DNA of 64,000 nt from Candidatus Binatia bacterium (GCA_038245295.1 JBBRSP010000010.1:151102-215101), one strand, 5' to 3'. Shown: positions 8,821 through 18,995, numbered from the stretch's first letter. Notes: generated by a model from the sequence alone, not told the origin. Made by a program: numbers and translations.

Positions 8821-9097
8821 GATCCACCGAGCAGTGCACCGCCAGAACGGCCTCGGCGGCGGCGACATCGGGCACGTCGATCTCGACGAGTTTGTTGCGG
8901 TTGCTGAGGCCGTGCAGGATGCGCACGTCGGCGCGGCGCACTTCGAAAACGTGGGCCAGCAACTCGATGACGGCTTCATTGGCGGCGCCGTCGCGTGGCG
9001 GGGCTTTCACCTGGACCTTGATGGCGTCGCCGTGGCGGCCGGTGATGCGACTCAGCGACGCTCCGGGTTGGACTCGCAAGCGCAGCCGCAACGGCAT
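8816..9097 (-). CDS. DUF167 (YggU) family protein
   Basis: RVQPGAS..IKVQVKAPPRDGAANEAVIELLA..ILHG.SNRNK; follows yggT. Confidence 0.9.
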   Translation of the reverse strand: MPLRLRLRVQPGASLSRITGRHGDAIKVQVKAPPRDGAANEAVIELLAHVFEVRRADVRILHGLSNRNKLVEIDVPDVAAAEAVLAVHCSVDR

Positions 9098-9103
9098 GGA
9101 CGG

Positions 9104-9406
9104 CTACCAGTGCAGTGTGACGGCAATGTCGCGCAGACTGCCGACGAGGAAGATCTGCAGGAAGTAGATAATCAGCAGGACTACCAGCGGCGACAGGTCG
9201 AGCCCGCCATAGATCACCGGCAGAGAGCGTCGAATGCGATAGAGCAGCGGCTCGGTAGCATTGTTCAGAAAGCGCACGAGCGGACTGCGCGGGTCCGGGT
9301 TCACCCACGACAACAGAGCGCGGATGATCATCAGCCACATATAAAGGTTGAGGAGGATATCGAGGACTCGGGCGAGGCCGAGAATGAAGTTGGCGATGAC
9401 GAACAT
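9104..9406 (-). CDS. yggT: YggT family membrane protein
   Basis: ALLSWVNPDPRSPLVRFL..TEP.L..IRR..GGLDLSP. Confidence 0.92.
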   Translation of the reverse strand: MFVIANFILGLARVLDILLNLYMWLMIIRALLSWVNPDPRSPLVRFLNNATEPLLYRIRRSLPVIYGGLDLSPLVVLLIIYFLQIFLVGSLRDIAVTLHW

Positions 9407-9610
9407 TCGGTTGCAGGCGAGTCTAGCGGGCTGGGATTGGGGCAACAAGGAAGGGGCGGATGGTGACCGAGGCGGGAAGTTGGTCGAGAGTCGAGGCCGC
9501 CCGACCGGTCCGAGCCTAGCAGCGTTACACCCTTCTAATAGAATCTCGTCCACTGGGACCCTCACCTTGACGGGTCCGGGGGCAGCAACTAATTGCGGCC
9601 CAAGGGCTGA

Positions 9611-10714
9611 ATGACGACACCTGACAAGCAACTTCCCTCTGCTGCGGCTCCGGTTGACGGTGCGGCGCCAGACTCGCACGGCGCCTGGGCCAAATGGGCG
9701 ATGATGCTTGGCTTCGTTGCGTTGGTCGGGCTGTTTGCCCTCTCCGACGGGCGCAAGTTGTGGGACGCGGCGCAGGCAATCGACGCCAAGCTACTGCTCT
9801 TACCCTTGGGCCTGGCCGTCGGCAGTTACATGGTGATGGCCCTGTCCTACCAAGGGATCGCGCGCGCCTCGGGTACCGAAGTGCCGTTCGGCACCATGCT
9901 GCGCATCACCTTCGTGTCCAATACGATCAACTACATCGTCTCCACCGGCGGCATCAGCGGCCTGGCGGTGCGCATCTACTTCTTTGTGCGTCTCGGCATG
10001 CCGTCGGGCACGGCGGTGATCGTCGCCCTGGTGCAGACCTTCATCACCAACTCGGTATTGCTGATCTTTGTCGCCATCGGTTTTGGCATCCTGGTGCAGA
10101 ATCACGAGTTGCACGGCCCGACGTTGTGGATGACGACCACGTTGCTTGGGATCTTCGTCGTCGCGGCGGTGTTGCCGCTACTCCTGCTCATTCATCGTCA
10201 GGTACGCCGCCGCACCTTGTTCTGGATCGCTGAGGCGACCAACAGTGTGATGCACCGTGTGGCGCCGAAGCGTAAGCCGGCGCGTGTGCGCATCTGGCGC
10301 TTCCAGCGTAATCTGAATCGCGGCATCGAGTTCGTCCTGTCGCAGAAGCGGCAGATGCTCGTTCCGACGCTGTGGATCTTCGTCGATTGGATCGTCACCT
10401 TGTTGATCCTGTACACGGCCTTTATCGCCGTCGGTTACCCGGTGCCGGTTAGTTTCGTGATTGTCGGCTTCGCGGTGGGGATCATCCTGTCGCTCATCTC
10501 ATTCGTGCCGGCGGGGCTCGGCGTCATGGAGGGGTCGATGGCGGCGGTCTTCCGCAGCCTCGGCGTGCCGTTCGAGACGGCGGTGGTGGCGGCGCTGGTG
10601 TTTCGGTTCTCCTATTACATCATGCCTTTGATCGTCAGCGTGTTCTTCTTCCGCGGGATGCTGCAGCAGAGCCGCGAAGCGACGGCCGCGCCGGTGCCGG
10701 ATCAGAGTGTTTGA
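9611..10714 (+). CDS. Lysylphosphatidylglycerol synthase TM / flippase-like (UPF0104) membrane protein
   Basis: About 8 TM segments; VPAGLGVMEG motif; ALVFRFSYY. Confidence 0.85.
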   Translation: MTTPDKQLPSAAAPVDGAAPDSHGAWAKWAMMLGFVALVGLFALSDGRKLWDAAQAIDAKLLLLPLGLAVGSYMVMALSYQGIARASGTEVPFGTMLRITFVSNTINYIVSTGGISGLAVRIYFFVRLGMPSGTAVIVALVQTFITNSVLLIFVAIGFGILVQNHELHGPTLWMTTTLLGIFVVAAVLPLLLLIHRQVRRRTLFWIAEATNSVMHRVAPKRKPARVRIWRFQRNLNRGIEFVLSQKRQMLVPTLWIFVDWIVTLLILYTAFIAVGYPVPVSFVIVGFAVGIILSLISFVPAGLGVMEGSMAAVFRSLGVPFETAVVAALVFRFSYYIMPLIVSVFFFRGMLQQSREATAAPVPDQSV

Positions 10715-10740
10715 TTCGGCCGTCGGCCGGCCCCATCAAC

Positions 10741-10770
10741 CCTCAGCACAGGCTTCAGCCTGCGCTGAGG
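10741..10770. repeat. REP family A partial hairpin
   Basis: CCTCAGCACAGGCTTCAGCCTGCGCTGAGG. Confidence 0.6.
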
Positions 10771-10867
10771 GCGCTTCGCAGGAAAATTCTCCTTCCATCC
10801 GAGCTTTCGGTTGACAGCGCGCGTCGCATAACACACACTGCGCGCCTGGCTTTGGTGGGAGGGGTAT

Positions 10868-12031
10868 GTGAAGAAAAGTCCCCGGTTGAGAGTGTCGTAC
10901 GCCATTTTGGCCCTTGGATTTCTGGCGACCACAGCTGTGGCTACGCCGATTCGTTCGAATCGGCCGCCGCAAATCACCGCCCGGTCATTGATTTTAATCG
11001 ACAATTCAACTGGACAGGAGCTTCTATCCCAGAATCCTGACCAGCCCTTGCCGCCGGCCAGCACGACCAAGGTGCTCACGGCGCTGATCGCCCTCGAGAG
11101 CGGCCGTCTCGATGAATCGATGTATGTCTCGGAACAGGCCGCCGAAACGCCTCCTTCGAAGATCGGTGTCAGGGCCGGCTGGAAGGTGCGGCTCTACGAT
11201 CTCGTCTATGCCCTCATGCTCAACTCGGCCAACGACGCCAGCGTCGTCATCGCCGAAGGTCTGGCCGGTTCGGTGCCCAACTTCGCGGCTCGCATGAACA
11301 TCAAGGCGCACTCGCTCGGGGCGCGCAATTCGCATTTCAACAATCCCAACGGCTTGCCCGACGACGAGCACTATTCGACGGCGCGCGATCTGGCGACGAT
11401 CTTCGGACACGCGATGCGCGACCCGCTGTTCCGCCGCGCCGTCAGCACCAAGGTTGGTGAGATCACGCCGACCGCCGGTTCGGTGCGCCGCATCAAGTTG
11501 CATACGCACAATCGCCTGCTCGACGAGGGGCCGATTCAAGTGGTTGGTAAGACCGGTTGGACCCGTGCCGCCAAGAAGTGCTTCGTCGGTACGGCCAGCC
11601 AGGGCGGACGCGAATTCACGTTTTCAATCATGGGATCGCGCGATCTGTGGGGCGACATCCGCCGCCTGCTCGATTACGCCTTCGAGGGCGGCATGCGGCC
11701 GGAGCCGGGGCCGCAGGAACTGCTCGTGGCTTCCGCGTCGAAATCGATCTCGCGTGGCGGCGGCGATCGCAGTCGGCCTGAACCAGTCGCGGACGCCGGT
11801 CGCTACTCGATCAAAGTCGGCGCTTTCCGCAGCATGAAGGACGCCACGGCCGTAAGCCATGCCGTGGCTCGCCACGGCTACAGCGCCCGTATCGAAAAGG
11901 TCAAACACAAGCGCGGCGAGATCTACCGCGTCGCCGTAGGATCCTACGATGATCGGCGCGAAGCGCAGCGTGCTGCCAAGACGATTCAGCGCACGCAGCG
12001 CGTGCCAGCCCTTGTCGTAGCGCACCGCTAA
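10868..12031 (+). CDS. D-alanyl-D-alanine carboxypeptidase (peptidase S11) with C-terminal SPOR domain
   Basis: Signal peptide; STTK (SxxK), SAN (SxN), KTG; C-terminal YSIKVGAF..YRVAVGSY. Confidence 0.9.
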   Translation: MKKSPRLRVSYAILALGFLATTAVATPIRSNRPPQITARSLILIDNSTGQELLSQNPDQPLPPASTTKVLTALIALESGRLDESMYVSEQAAETPPSKIGVRAGWKVRLYDLVYALMLNSANDASVVIAEGLAGSVPNFAARMNIKAHSLGARNSHFNNPNGLPDDEHYSTARDLATIFGHAMRDPLFRRAVSTKVGEITPTAGSVRRIKLHTHNRLLDEGPIQVVGKTGWTRAAKKCFVGTASQGGREFTFSIMGSRDLWGDIRRLLDYAFEGGMRPEPGPQELLVASASKSISRGGGDRSRPEPVADAGRYSIKVGAFRSMKDATAVSHAVARHGYSARIEKVKHKRGEIYRVAVGSYDDRREAQRAAKTIQRTQRVPALVVAHR

Positions 12032-12042
12032 GAACCGCGACG

Positions 12043-12534
12043 ATGGCGATTCGCGACGCCACGGAAGCTGACCTCAGCGCCATCGTCGCCATCTACAACA
12101 GCTCGATTCCAGGACGCCTGGCGACCGCCGACACCGAACCGGTGAATGTCGAGTCGCGTCGAGCCTGGCTGCATGAGCATTCGCCGACAACCTATCCCTT
12201 GTGGGTCGCCACGGCCGACGAGCAAATCGTTGGCTGGTTGAGCTTCCAGGCCTTTTACGGGCGACCGGCGTATCGCGCCACGGCCGAGTTGAGCATCTAT
12301 GTCGAACCCGCCCGGCAGCATGCCGGTATCGGTCGAGCCCTACTCGATGCCGCCATCGTCCGAGCTCCGCAGCTGCACATCAAGACCCTGCTGGCCTTCA
12401 TCTTTGGGCACAATGAACCGAGTCTGCGACTCTTCGGTAGTCGCGGGTTCGAGCGCTGGGCGCATCTGCCGCGGGTGGCCGAGTTGGATGCGGTGGAGCG
12501 TGATCTGGTGATTCTGGGGCGACGGTTGGGGTGA
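12043..12534 (+). CDS. GNAT N-acetyltransferase (phosphinothricin/methionine sulfoximine acetyltransferase-like)
   Basis: IYN..I...LATADTEP, RPAY..TAELSIYV, QHAGIG, NEPSLRLF. Confidence 0.88.
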   Translation: MAIRDATEADLSAIVAIYNSSIPGRLATADTEPVNVESRRAWLHEHSPTTYPLWVATADEQIVGWLSFQAFYGRPAYRATAELSIYVEPARQHAGIGRALLDAAIVRAPQLHIKTLLAFIFGHNEPSLRLFGSRGFERWAHLPRVAELDAVERDLVILGRRLG

Positions 12535-12558
12535 CACCACGGCGCTGATTGACGCAAG

Positions 12559-12586
12559 GTAGGGGCGGCTCGCGAGCCGCCCCTAC
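12559..12586. repeat. GTAG-type REP, family B (GTAGGGGCGG..CCGCCCCTAC)
   Basis: Perfect palindrome; relatives at 25970-25993 and 26560-26591; supplies the stop of the GH36 gene. Confidence 0.8.
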
Positions 12587-14583
12587 GCGGTCGGGAACAC
12601 TAGCACGCGACTGGTTCGCGGCGGCACCTCGCCGAAGTTGGCGACGCCGTCGGCGATCGGCACGCTGCCGCCCGACCACAGGTCGTTGGCATACGGCGCG
12701 CCGCCGGTGTTGATGCCATACTTGGCCAGGTCGAGGGTCAAGCGCAGCGAATGATCATTTGCATTGATCGCTGCGACGACCGTTTGCTCTTTGCCGCGCG
12801 ATACCAACAGGGCCGGCACGTCACGCTCGAGAATATCGACCAGGCGCGGCGTGCCGCCTACCAGCTTGAGTGCCTGCGCCAGCAAGGCCTGACTTTGCGG
12901 CGACAGCTTCTCCAGCCGATCACTCAAGACGAGCAAGCCATCGGTGACGGCGATGGTTGTTGCCAGGGTCTGGATCTCGGGAATCGTCAGGTCGGTGTCG
13001 CTGTCGCGCACCATCAAACAGTCCGGATCGTTGAGCCACCAGCGCCGGTGCACGAAGGCGCGCGTCAGCGTGTTGCGAATGGCGTGTTTGGTGGCGACTC
13101 CATGCTGGTCGCGCTGTATGCTGCGGCTCAACACTCCACTCCAAAATGGCGCGACATCCGGGCCGATGCGCATCGCGTCGACGACACCGACGGCCGGCGT
13201 CAACGGGCAGCCGCAGCCGATGAGGAACGCGTCGTCGCCAGCGCCCTCGCGGATGGCGTCGAGGCCGCGTCGTAATGCCTCGGCGCGCGACGCCTGGCGA
13301 TCGTGGCGTACGCCCGGCAAGGCAGCGGCGTAGAGGAAGTCGAGCTTGAGGACATTGTAGCCCCACTCGTGCACGATCGTACGGAACGTCGAGCGCAGCC
13401 AATCGAGCACCTTCGGGTGCGTCGTATCGAGGGCGTAGCAACCGCCGAAACCCCACATCGGGTTCCACAACGCGAAGCACGGCGTGCCGCGGTCGTTCTT
13501 GACGAACCAGTCGGGATGCTGCTCCAGCAGATCGGAGCCGGCGCGGGCAATGAACGGGGCCGTCCAGATGCCGGCTTCGAAGCCGGCGCCACGGATTCGT
13601 TCCGACAGCCAGGCCATGCCGTGCGGGAACTTGGAGTTGGGCGTCAGCCAATCACCGATCGCCGATTGGTAGCCGTCGTCGACCTGCACATAGTCGCAGG
13701 CGAACCGGTCGCGCATCGCCGCCAAAGCTTGGACGTTCTCGAGAATCTTCGCCTCGTCGATGTTGGTGAAGTAGTAGTACCACGAGCACCAACCGGTGGG
13801 GTTGCGGTCGCCGATGCGTGCTTGCATCGTCTCGCCCGACACGCGGGCATAGTCATCGAGTAAGGCGCTTGGATCATCACCCGCAGCGATCCAAAGAGGT
13901 TGCGTCGTTAGCGACGCGCCCGGCGCCAACAAGCGATCATCCCAGTCGATCGTCGCGGCCCACAGGCCACACTGACGTGGCCCGAGCGACACCTCGACGC
14001 CGGCGAAACTCTCCTTGCCGGAGAGGAACCCGGCAACCAACGCCTCGCCGCTCACCAGGTTGCCCATGGCAATGACGGTATCGGAGCGGAAGCGTCCGGG
14101 CTGACCAGCCGACGGGCGGCGCAAATCGATCAAGCTCACCTGCAGCAAGTGGCTCCACGGGTCGAGGTCGGTTTCCGTCGGGCGAAAGCTGCGCGCGCCG
14201 GTCCACGATTGATAACCCTGGCGGAATACGCCCCACTCCGAAACGTCCTTGCCGAGCCGCAGGTCGCCGGAGGCGCGCAGGGCGAGCGGCGAGACTTCGC
14301 GTAGCCGCAAGGCTTCCGAGGAACGATTGGTTACGGTTAGCTGGGCAACCAACGCGTTGCCGCGCGGTTCGATTTTCAGCGTCGCCGTGAGCGGCGAATC
14401 CGCGTCGTTGCTTTCGAAGCCGTCGCCGGCCGGTCGAAGATGCGGTCGCCAGCGCCGCGGGTCGTCGCCACGCAGGATGACGACCTCCGGTTGCAGGCCT
14501 TCGATGAGAATGTTGGCGGCGCCCTGGCAATCGAGGTGCAGGCGGCCGGCGCGCAGAGTGTGGATCAGGCGAGGATTCTTCAT
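12583..14583 (-). CDS. Alpha-galactosidase, glycoside hydrolase family 36
   Basis: GWCSWY, QVDDGYQ, KFPHGM, LKLDFLY (nucleophile), GCG.P, MRIGPD, WLNDPDCL. Confidence 0.9.
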   Translation of the reverse strand: MKNPRLIHTLRAGRLHLDCQGAANILIEGLQPEVVILRGDDPRRWRPHLRPAGDGFESNDADSPLTATLKIEPRGNALVAQLTVTNRSSEALRLREVSPLALRASGDLRLGKDVSEWGVFRQGYQSWTGARSFRPTETDLDPWSHLLQVSLIDLRRPSAGQPGRFRSDTVIAMGNLVSGEALVAGFLSGKESFAGVEVSLGPRQCGLWAATIDWDDRLLAPGASLTTQPLWIAAGDDPSALLDDYARVSGETMQARIGDRNPTGWCSWYYYFTNIDEAKILENVQALAAMRDRFACDYVQVDDGYQSAIGDWLTPNSKFPHGMAWLSERIRGAGFEAGIWTAPFIARAGSDLLEQHPDWFVKNDRGTPCFALWNPMWGFGGCYALDTTHPKVLDWLRSTFRTIVHEWGYNVLKLDFLYAAALPGVRHDRQASRAEALRRGLDAIREGAGDDAFLIGCGCPLTPAVGVVDAMRIGPDVAPFWSGVLSRSIQRDQHGVATKHAIRNTLTRAFVHRRWWLNDPDCLMVRDSDTDLTIPEIQTLATTIAVTDGLLVLSDRLEKLSPQSQALLAQALKLVGGTPRLVDILERDVPALLVSRGKEQTVVAAINANDHSLRLTLDLAKYGINTGGAPYANDLWSGGSVPIADGVANFGEVPPRTSRVLVFPTA

Positions 14584-14607
14584 AGAGTTTGTGAAGCAGT
14601 GTCTTTC

Positions 14608-15906
14608 CTAGATTGCCTGGCGGATCAACCGGTCGATGTCTTCTTGCGATTTCTCGAAGTCGGCGTCGGCCAATAGCGTAAACAGGGTATCGATGGGTAG
14701 GCGAGCGGTTAGCGGTGAATCGAGTTGGGGCAGGTTTCCGGCGCCCATTTCCTGCCACTGGCTCGGCGTCGGCGAGTAGAAGAAATCGCCGAAACCGGCC
14801 CTGTCGAAGTGGCGGAACACGTCGTCCCCATCTCGTAGCGCGGCGAATTCGCGTGTGGCGCGGAACTCCGACAGAAATTGGATCAATTCGGGTTCGACCT
14901 TGTACGTTCGGGCGATCCCCTTGGTGCCGAGGCAGTCGTCGACGTCGGGCGCAACACCCAGGCGATCCTCGTAGGAGGTATCCAGCTGGCTGGTGATCTG
15001 CTCCGGCGCCAACTCGCGTTGCTCCATGAAAGAGCGAATAGCGCCGCAGGGCGACGTGAAGCCGTCACAGCCGGCGACGTGCACGAAGGTGCGCCAGTCG
15101 CGTAGACCGGCGACCGTCAGTTCGGTTTTGATTGCGGCGGTGCGGCGCAGTTGTGTCAGCCAACGTTGGGCGCACAGGTCGACGTGTTCGCCGAGCAGCT
15201 CCGCTTTGAGTCCGTGGTTCAGGCGCCACGTGAAGATGTTGGTGAGTGTGACATTGGCAAACAAACCGCCAACGACAACTTGACGGGCCGAAAAGGTGGA
15301 GGTCAGGTTTACCGGAATACCTTCGTTCTCCAGGTCGCGCGCGACCAGCAGGCATTGCGGCGCGTGTGGGAGGAAGGGCACCTTGATAACAGCCGACGGC
15401 ACCATGCGACGCAGGACGCGTCCGATACGTTTTGCCGCGTCCGGCTCGGTCGGCAATTGCATGTGCAGTTGCAGACTGATGTCCCACGGACGTCCCGAGG
15501 CTAGCGAGCTGACGATGTTGTTGGCGATGCAACCGTTGAGGATGGTGTAGATCAAGCCAACCGTTTCGTCGGCGGTCAGAGTCGAGTCGATCAAGCGCAG
15601 GCGCTTGGCGTATTCAGCGACGGCGCCACCCGTGAGATGGCCATCGACGACCTGGCGCAACAACCGCTGGTTGGAGGTCGAGCCGTTGATCTCCTGGACG
15701 GTCCGGCCATCGCGGTTGACCAGTGTGTCGATTTCTTTGGTGTCGGCGGAGGCGGCGTAGATATGTTTGGTTCCGGCGCGGCGCAGCGCCGCGAGGGATG
15801 GATTCGACGCAAAGCGGCGCGGCTGCGAACCAGCGGTGTGACCGCCGAGCGCTACCAGCTCGTCGTCGAGGCCATCCTCGCTCAGGCGACGCGCATGAGC
15901 TTGCAT
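14608..15906 (-). CDS. Transaldolase family protein (divergent)
   Basis: TSNQ, VIKVP (Schiff-base Lys), GIPVNLTSTFS..Q, AGCDGFTSP. Confidence 0.75.
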   Translation of the reverse strand: MQAHARRLSEDGLDDELVALGGHTAGSQPRRFASNPSLAALRRAGTKHIYAASADTKEIDTLVNRDGRTVQEINGSTSNQRLLRQVVDGHLTGGAVAEYAKRLRLIDSTLTADETVGLIYTILNGCIANNIVSSLASGRPWDISLQLHMQLPTEPDAAKRIGRVLRRMVPSAVIKVPFLPHAPQCLLVARDLENEGIPVNLTSTFSARQVVVGGLFANVTLTNIFTWRLNHGLKAELLGEHVDLCAQRWLTQLRRTAAIKTELTVAGLRDWRTFVHVAGCDGFTSPCGAIRSFMEQRELAPEQITSQLDTSYEDRLGVAPDVDDCLGTKGIARTYKVEPELIQFLSEFRATREFAALRDGDDVFRHFDRAGFGDFFYSPTPSQWQEMGAGNLPQLDSPLTARLPIDTLFTLLADADFEKSQEDIDRLIRQAI

Positions 15907-16057
15907 GTCTCTTTCCTCCGCCCCGCCATGTCCGCTTCTCTAAACCTCAGGATAATTGCCCCCTACTGCACTTTTCGTTCGAAGCGCCCTCACAGTCAAG
16001 TTTGTTCTCGAACAATTGGCGCTTGGGAGCCTCTCCCGGGTTTTGCATCGGAGCACT

Positions 16058-16119
16058 CCGCAGGCTGAAGCCTGCGCCTACCGACTTGCGGAGATCCGGA
16101 GGGTAGGGGCAGCCTGCGG
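16058..16119. repeat. REP family A doublet (right arm degenerate)
   Basis: CCGCAGGCTGAAGCCTGCGCCTACC...GGTAGGGGCAGCCTGCGG. Confidence 0.75.
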
Positions 16120-16215
16120 TCAGCCGAGCGGAGCGTGGAGTTCATAGGCAAAGCAGCCGTGAGCGTCGACGAAATCCCTTGCAACCATCCGGGCGTGAAT
16201 TCTAAGGGAAGTCGC

Positions 16216-16539
16216 ATGCTGACTATCGACGAGTTCATGAAGGTGGAGCTACGCGTCGCGACAATCCTGGCTGCCGAGCCACATCCCAATGCCGATCGCT
16301 TGCTAGTGCTGCAGATCGATCTCGGCGACGAGAAGCGGCAGTTGGTTGCGGGCATTCGCGCCCACTATGAGCCGGCGACACTTGTCGGTCGGCAAATCAT
16401 CGTCGTCGCCAACCTGCAACCGGCGACGCTGCGCGGCGTTGAAAGCCAGGGCATGCTGTTGGCTGCGACGGATGCCGAGGGGCGTGTTGCCTTCGTTACT
16501 TCGGAGAAGCCTGTTTCTGCGGGGGCCAAGGTTAAATGA
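16216..16539 (+). CDS. Stand-alone tRNA-binding OB-fold protein (MetRS beta subunit / CsaA / Trbp111)
   Basis: IDEFMKVELRVATI..HPNADRLL..DLG.EKRQLVAGI..VVANLQPA.LRGVESQGMLLAA. Confidence 0.9.
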   Translation: MLTIDEFMKVELRVATILAAEPHPNADRLLVLQIDLGDEKRQLVAGIRAHYEPATLVGRQIIVVANLQPATLRGVESQGMLLAATDAEGRVAFVTSEKPVSAGAKVK

Positions 16540-16585
16540 GCAAGCATCTCAACGACTGCACGGGCGGGGGCACGGGCGCGGGGGA

Positions 16586-17335
16586 TTACATCCAGGCGCC
16601 GCCGTCGACGCGGAGGATCTTGCCGGTGACGAAGCTGGCGTCCTCGCTAGCCAGATAGACCGCTGCTTTGCCGATGTCTTCGGGTTGGCCGGGGCGGCCG
16701 AGCGGGATCGTCGACAGCAGGGCGTCGCCGTAGAACTTGATCATGCGGTCGCCCATGTCGGTGGCGACGACTCCGGGCGCAATGCAGTTGACGCGTACAC
16801 CGGCGGCTGCCGTTTCCTTTGCCAGCGACTTGGTCAGCGCGTTCACCGCCGCCTTGGCGCAGTAGTACGGCGCGCCCAGCGGGCCGCACATGTCGGCACC
16901 AACCGATGAGATCAGGATGATCGTGCCGCTGCGCCGATCGACAAGATGCTTGGCGGTCGCTTTGCACGTGTAGAAGGCGCCGTGGAGATTGGTGCCGATG
17001 ACCTTGTGCCAATGCTCGACGTCCATGTCCCACACCGACTGCACGCGTGAGGCAATGCCGGAGTTGGCGACGACGATGTCGAACCGCCCGAAGGCTTCGA
17101 TGGTCTTGGCGACCAGATTCTGAACCTGGCTCCAATCCGACACATCCCCTTGCACCGCGACAGCGCGGCGGCCGAGGGCGCTGATGGCTTCAACGGTGGC
17201 GTGCGCCGCTTCCTCATCGCGGCGGTAGTTGACGACGACGTCCGCTCCTTCACGGGCGAACTCGATCGCGATACCGCGGCCGATGCCGCGAGAGGAGCCG
17301 GTGACCAGGGCGATCTTTCCTTGCAAGCGAGGCAT
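16586..17335 (-). CDS. SDR family oxidoreductase (FabG-like)
   Basis: TGSSRGIG, NSG, YYCAK (YxxxK), VNCIAPG, LRVDGG. Confidence 0.92.
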   Translation of the reverse strand: MPRLQGKIALVTGSSRGIGRGIAIEFAREGADVVVNYRRDEEAAHATVEAISALGRRAVAVQGDVSDWSQVQNLVAKTIEAFGRFDIVVANSGIASRVQSVWDMDVEHWHKVIGTNLHGAFYTCKATAKHLVDRRSGTIILISSVGADMCGPLGAPYYCAKAAVNALTKSLAKETAAAGVRVNCIAPGVVATDMGDRMIKFYGDALLSTIPLGRPGQPEDIGKAAVYLASEDASFVTGKILRVDGGAWM

Positions 17336-17393
17336 GGTGCTTTCCTTCCAATCTGATGCCGATGATTTGAACTTCTCTCCTGAAAGCAATCAT

Positions 17394-17537
17394 CCCCTCG
17401 CCCAGATCGAATGGAATCACCGACGCTGGGAGAGGGTTAGGGTGAGGGCCACCAGTGGAATCGCATTGCGATATCTACGGGCCCTCACCCCGACCCTCTC
17501 CCACAATTTGCGAGTCCACTCGCGGCGGGAGAGGGAG
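17394..17537. repeat. REP-like family C doublet
   Basis: GGGAGAGGGTTAGGGTGAGGGC...GCCCTCACCCCGACCCTCTCCC...GGGAGAGGG. Confidence 0.8.
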
Positions 17538-17539
17538 AT

Positions 17540-18727
17540 CTACTGCCGGGCGCCGACCAGGGCCTGCACCGCCTGGCTGAGGCCGTCGACGCTCAGGTGG
17601 TACATCGGGAAGACGCGGCGGATGGTGCGGCAGGTGTCAGCCTCCCAGTATGCCGGGCCTTCCGGATTCATCCACACGGCGCGATCGAAGTATTGCGCGA
17701 TGCGCTGCAGCCAGACGATACCGGGCGTCGACGAGGTCCGGCGCGGATCGATGTTGCCGAATGATTCTACCAATTCGGCCGGATGCATCGCGGCGTCGCC
17801 GACAACGACGACCTTCCAGCGGCTGTCGAGGCGGCGCAAGATGTCGCCGGTCGGTACCGCGTCGCTGCGCAACATGCGCGCCTTGTTGAAAACGTTCTCG
17901 TAGATGCAGTTGTGGAAGTAGTACGCCTCGAAAGCGCGCAGGCCGCGCTCTTCGTGCAGCGCCGTGAGCAGTTGGCTGACGGGCTCGAAATACGGGTCCA
18001 TCGTGCCGCCGACGTCCATCAGCAACAGCAGACGCACGTCGTTCTTACGGGGCGCCCGGAAGACCATCTCGATCTCGCCGGCGTTCTTGCACGTCTCGTC
18101 GATCGTCTCATCGAGATCAAGCTCGGTGGCATCACCGCGGCGGGTCAGTTGCCGCAGCCGGCGCAAGGCGACGCGCATCTGGCGCAGGTCGAGGGTGATA
18201 TCGGTGCGGTAATCCTTGAACTTGCGTTCTTCGGCGACCTTCATCGCCGAGCGACTCTTGGCCGGACCGCCGACACGAATGCCGGTCGGATGTTGGCCGC
18301 CGTGTCCATAGGGCGACTTGCCACCGGTGCCGACCCACTTGTCGCCGCCGTCGTGGCGCTCGGTCTGCTTCTGCAGCGTCTCGAGAAAACGCTGCATCAG
18401 CTCGTCGTGCGAAAGGCGCTCCAACTTAGCGAGATCTTCGGGCGACAGGTTGGGAAAATTCTTCGGATCGCGCAGCCAGTCGTTGACCTTCTCGGCGACA
18501 TCATCGCCGAAGGCGCCCTCGACACCGTGGAAGACACGCGAGAAGACGCGGTCGTAGGCATCGAAGTAAGTTTCGCTCTTGATCAGACACGAGCGCCCGA
18601 GGTGATAGAAACGCAGCAGGCTCGAGCCGTGCAGGCCCTCCTCGAGGGCGCTCAGGAAGGTCATCCACTCCTGGATCGCCAGGGGCACGCCCGCGTCACG
18701 CAGTCCGTAGAAGAGATCGAGAAACAT
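17540..18727 (-). CDS. vWA domain-containing protein (CoxE-like, partner of MoxR AAA ATPases)
   Basis: H.GG.KWVGTGG.SPYGHGG.HP.GIRVGG, LLMDVGGTMD, YYFHNCIY, VGDAAM.P.E. Confidence 0.88.
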   Translation of the reverse strand: MFLDLFYGLRDAGVPLAIQEWMTFLSALEEGLHGSSLLRFYHLGRSCLIKSETYFDAYDRVFSRVFHGVEGAFGDDVAEKVNDWLRDPKNFPNLSPEDLAKLERLSHDELMQRFLETLQKQTERHDGGDKWVGTGGKSPYGHGGQHPTGIRVGGPAKSRSAMKVAEERKFKDYRTDITLDLRQMRVALRRLRQLTRRGDATELDLDETIDETCKNAGEIEMVFRAPRKNDVRLLLLMDVGGTMDPYFEPVSQLLTALHEERGLRAFEAYYFHNCIYENVFNKARMLRSDAVPTGDILRRLDSRWKVVVVGDAAMHPAELVESFGNIDPRRTSSTPGIVWLQRIAQYFDRAVWMNPEGPAYWEADTCRTIRRVFPMYHLSVDGLSQAVQALVGARQ

Positions 18728-18809
18728 CGTCGCTCACCTACCAGCTTTCCATTCTTACTCAACCTGGGGCCCGCATTTGGTGGCGCCACACGGCGGCGGC
18801 GGGGCCATT

Positions 18810-18995
18810 GGTAGGCGCAGGCTTTAGAGGGCTCCGCGACGGCCCGGCACCGAGGCGGTGAGGTAGGCGCAGGTCTTTAGCCTGCGGCGGATAGAGCGCT
18901 TCAGCACGGGCATTCCGCCGCAAGCTAAAGCTTGCGCCTACCCCGCGACGGCCCGGCATCGATGCGGTGAGGTAGGCGCAGGTCTTTAGCCTGCG
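18810..18995. repeat. Cluster of four REP family A units including a 53-bp direct repeat
   Basis: 18834-18886 and 18943-18995 differ at 2 positions; the last unit supplies the stop of the upstream gene. Confidence 0.85.

Noticed and set aside
9440..9530. Structured RNA between yggT and the flippase-like gene
   Set aside because: Only short GC-rich stems expected by chance, and no recognisable consensus
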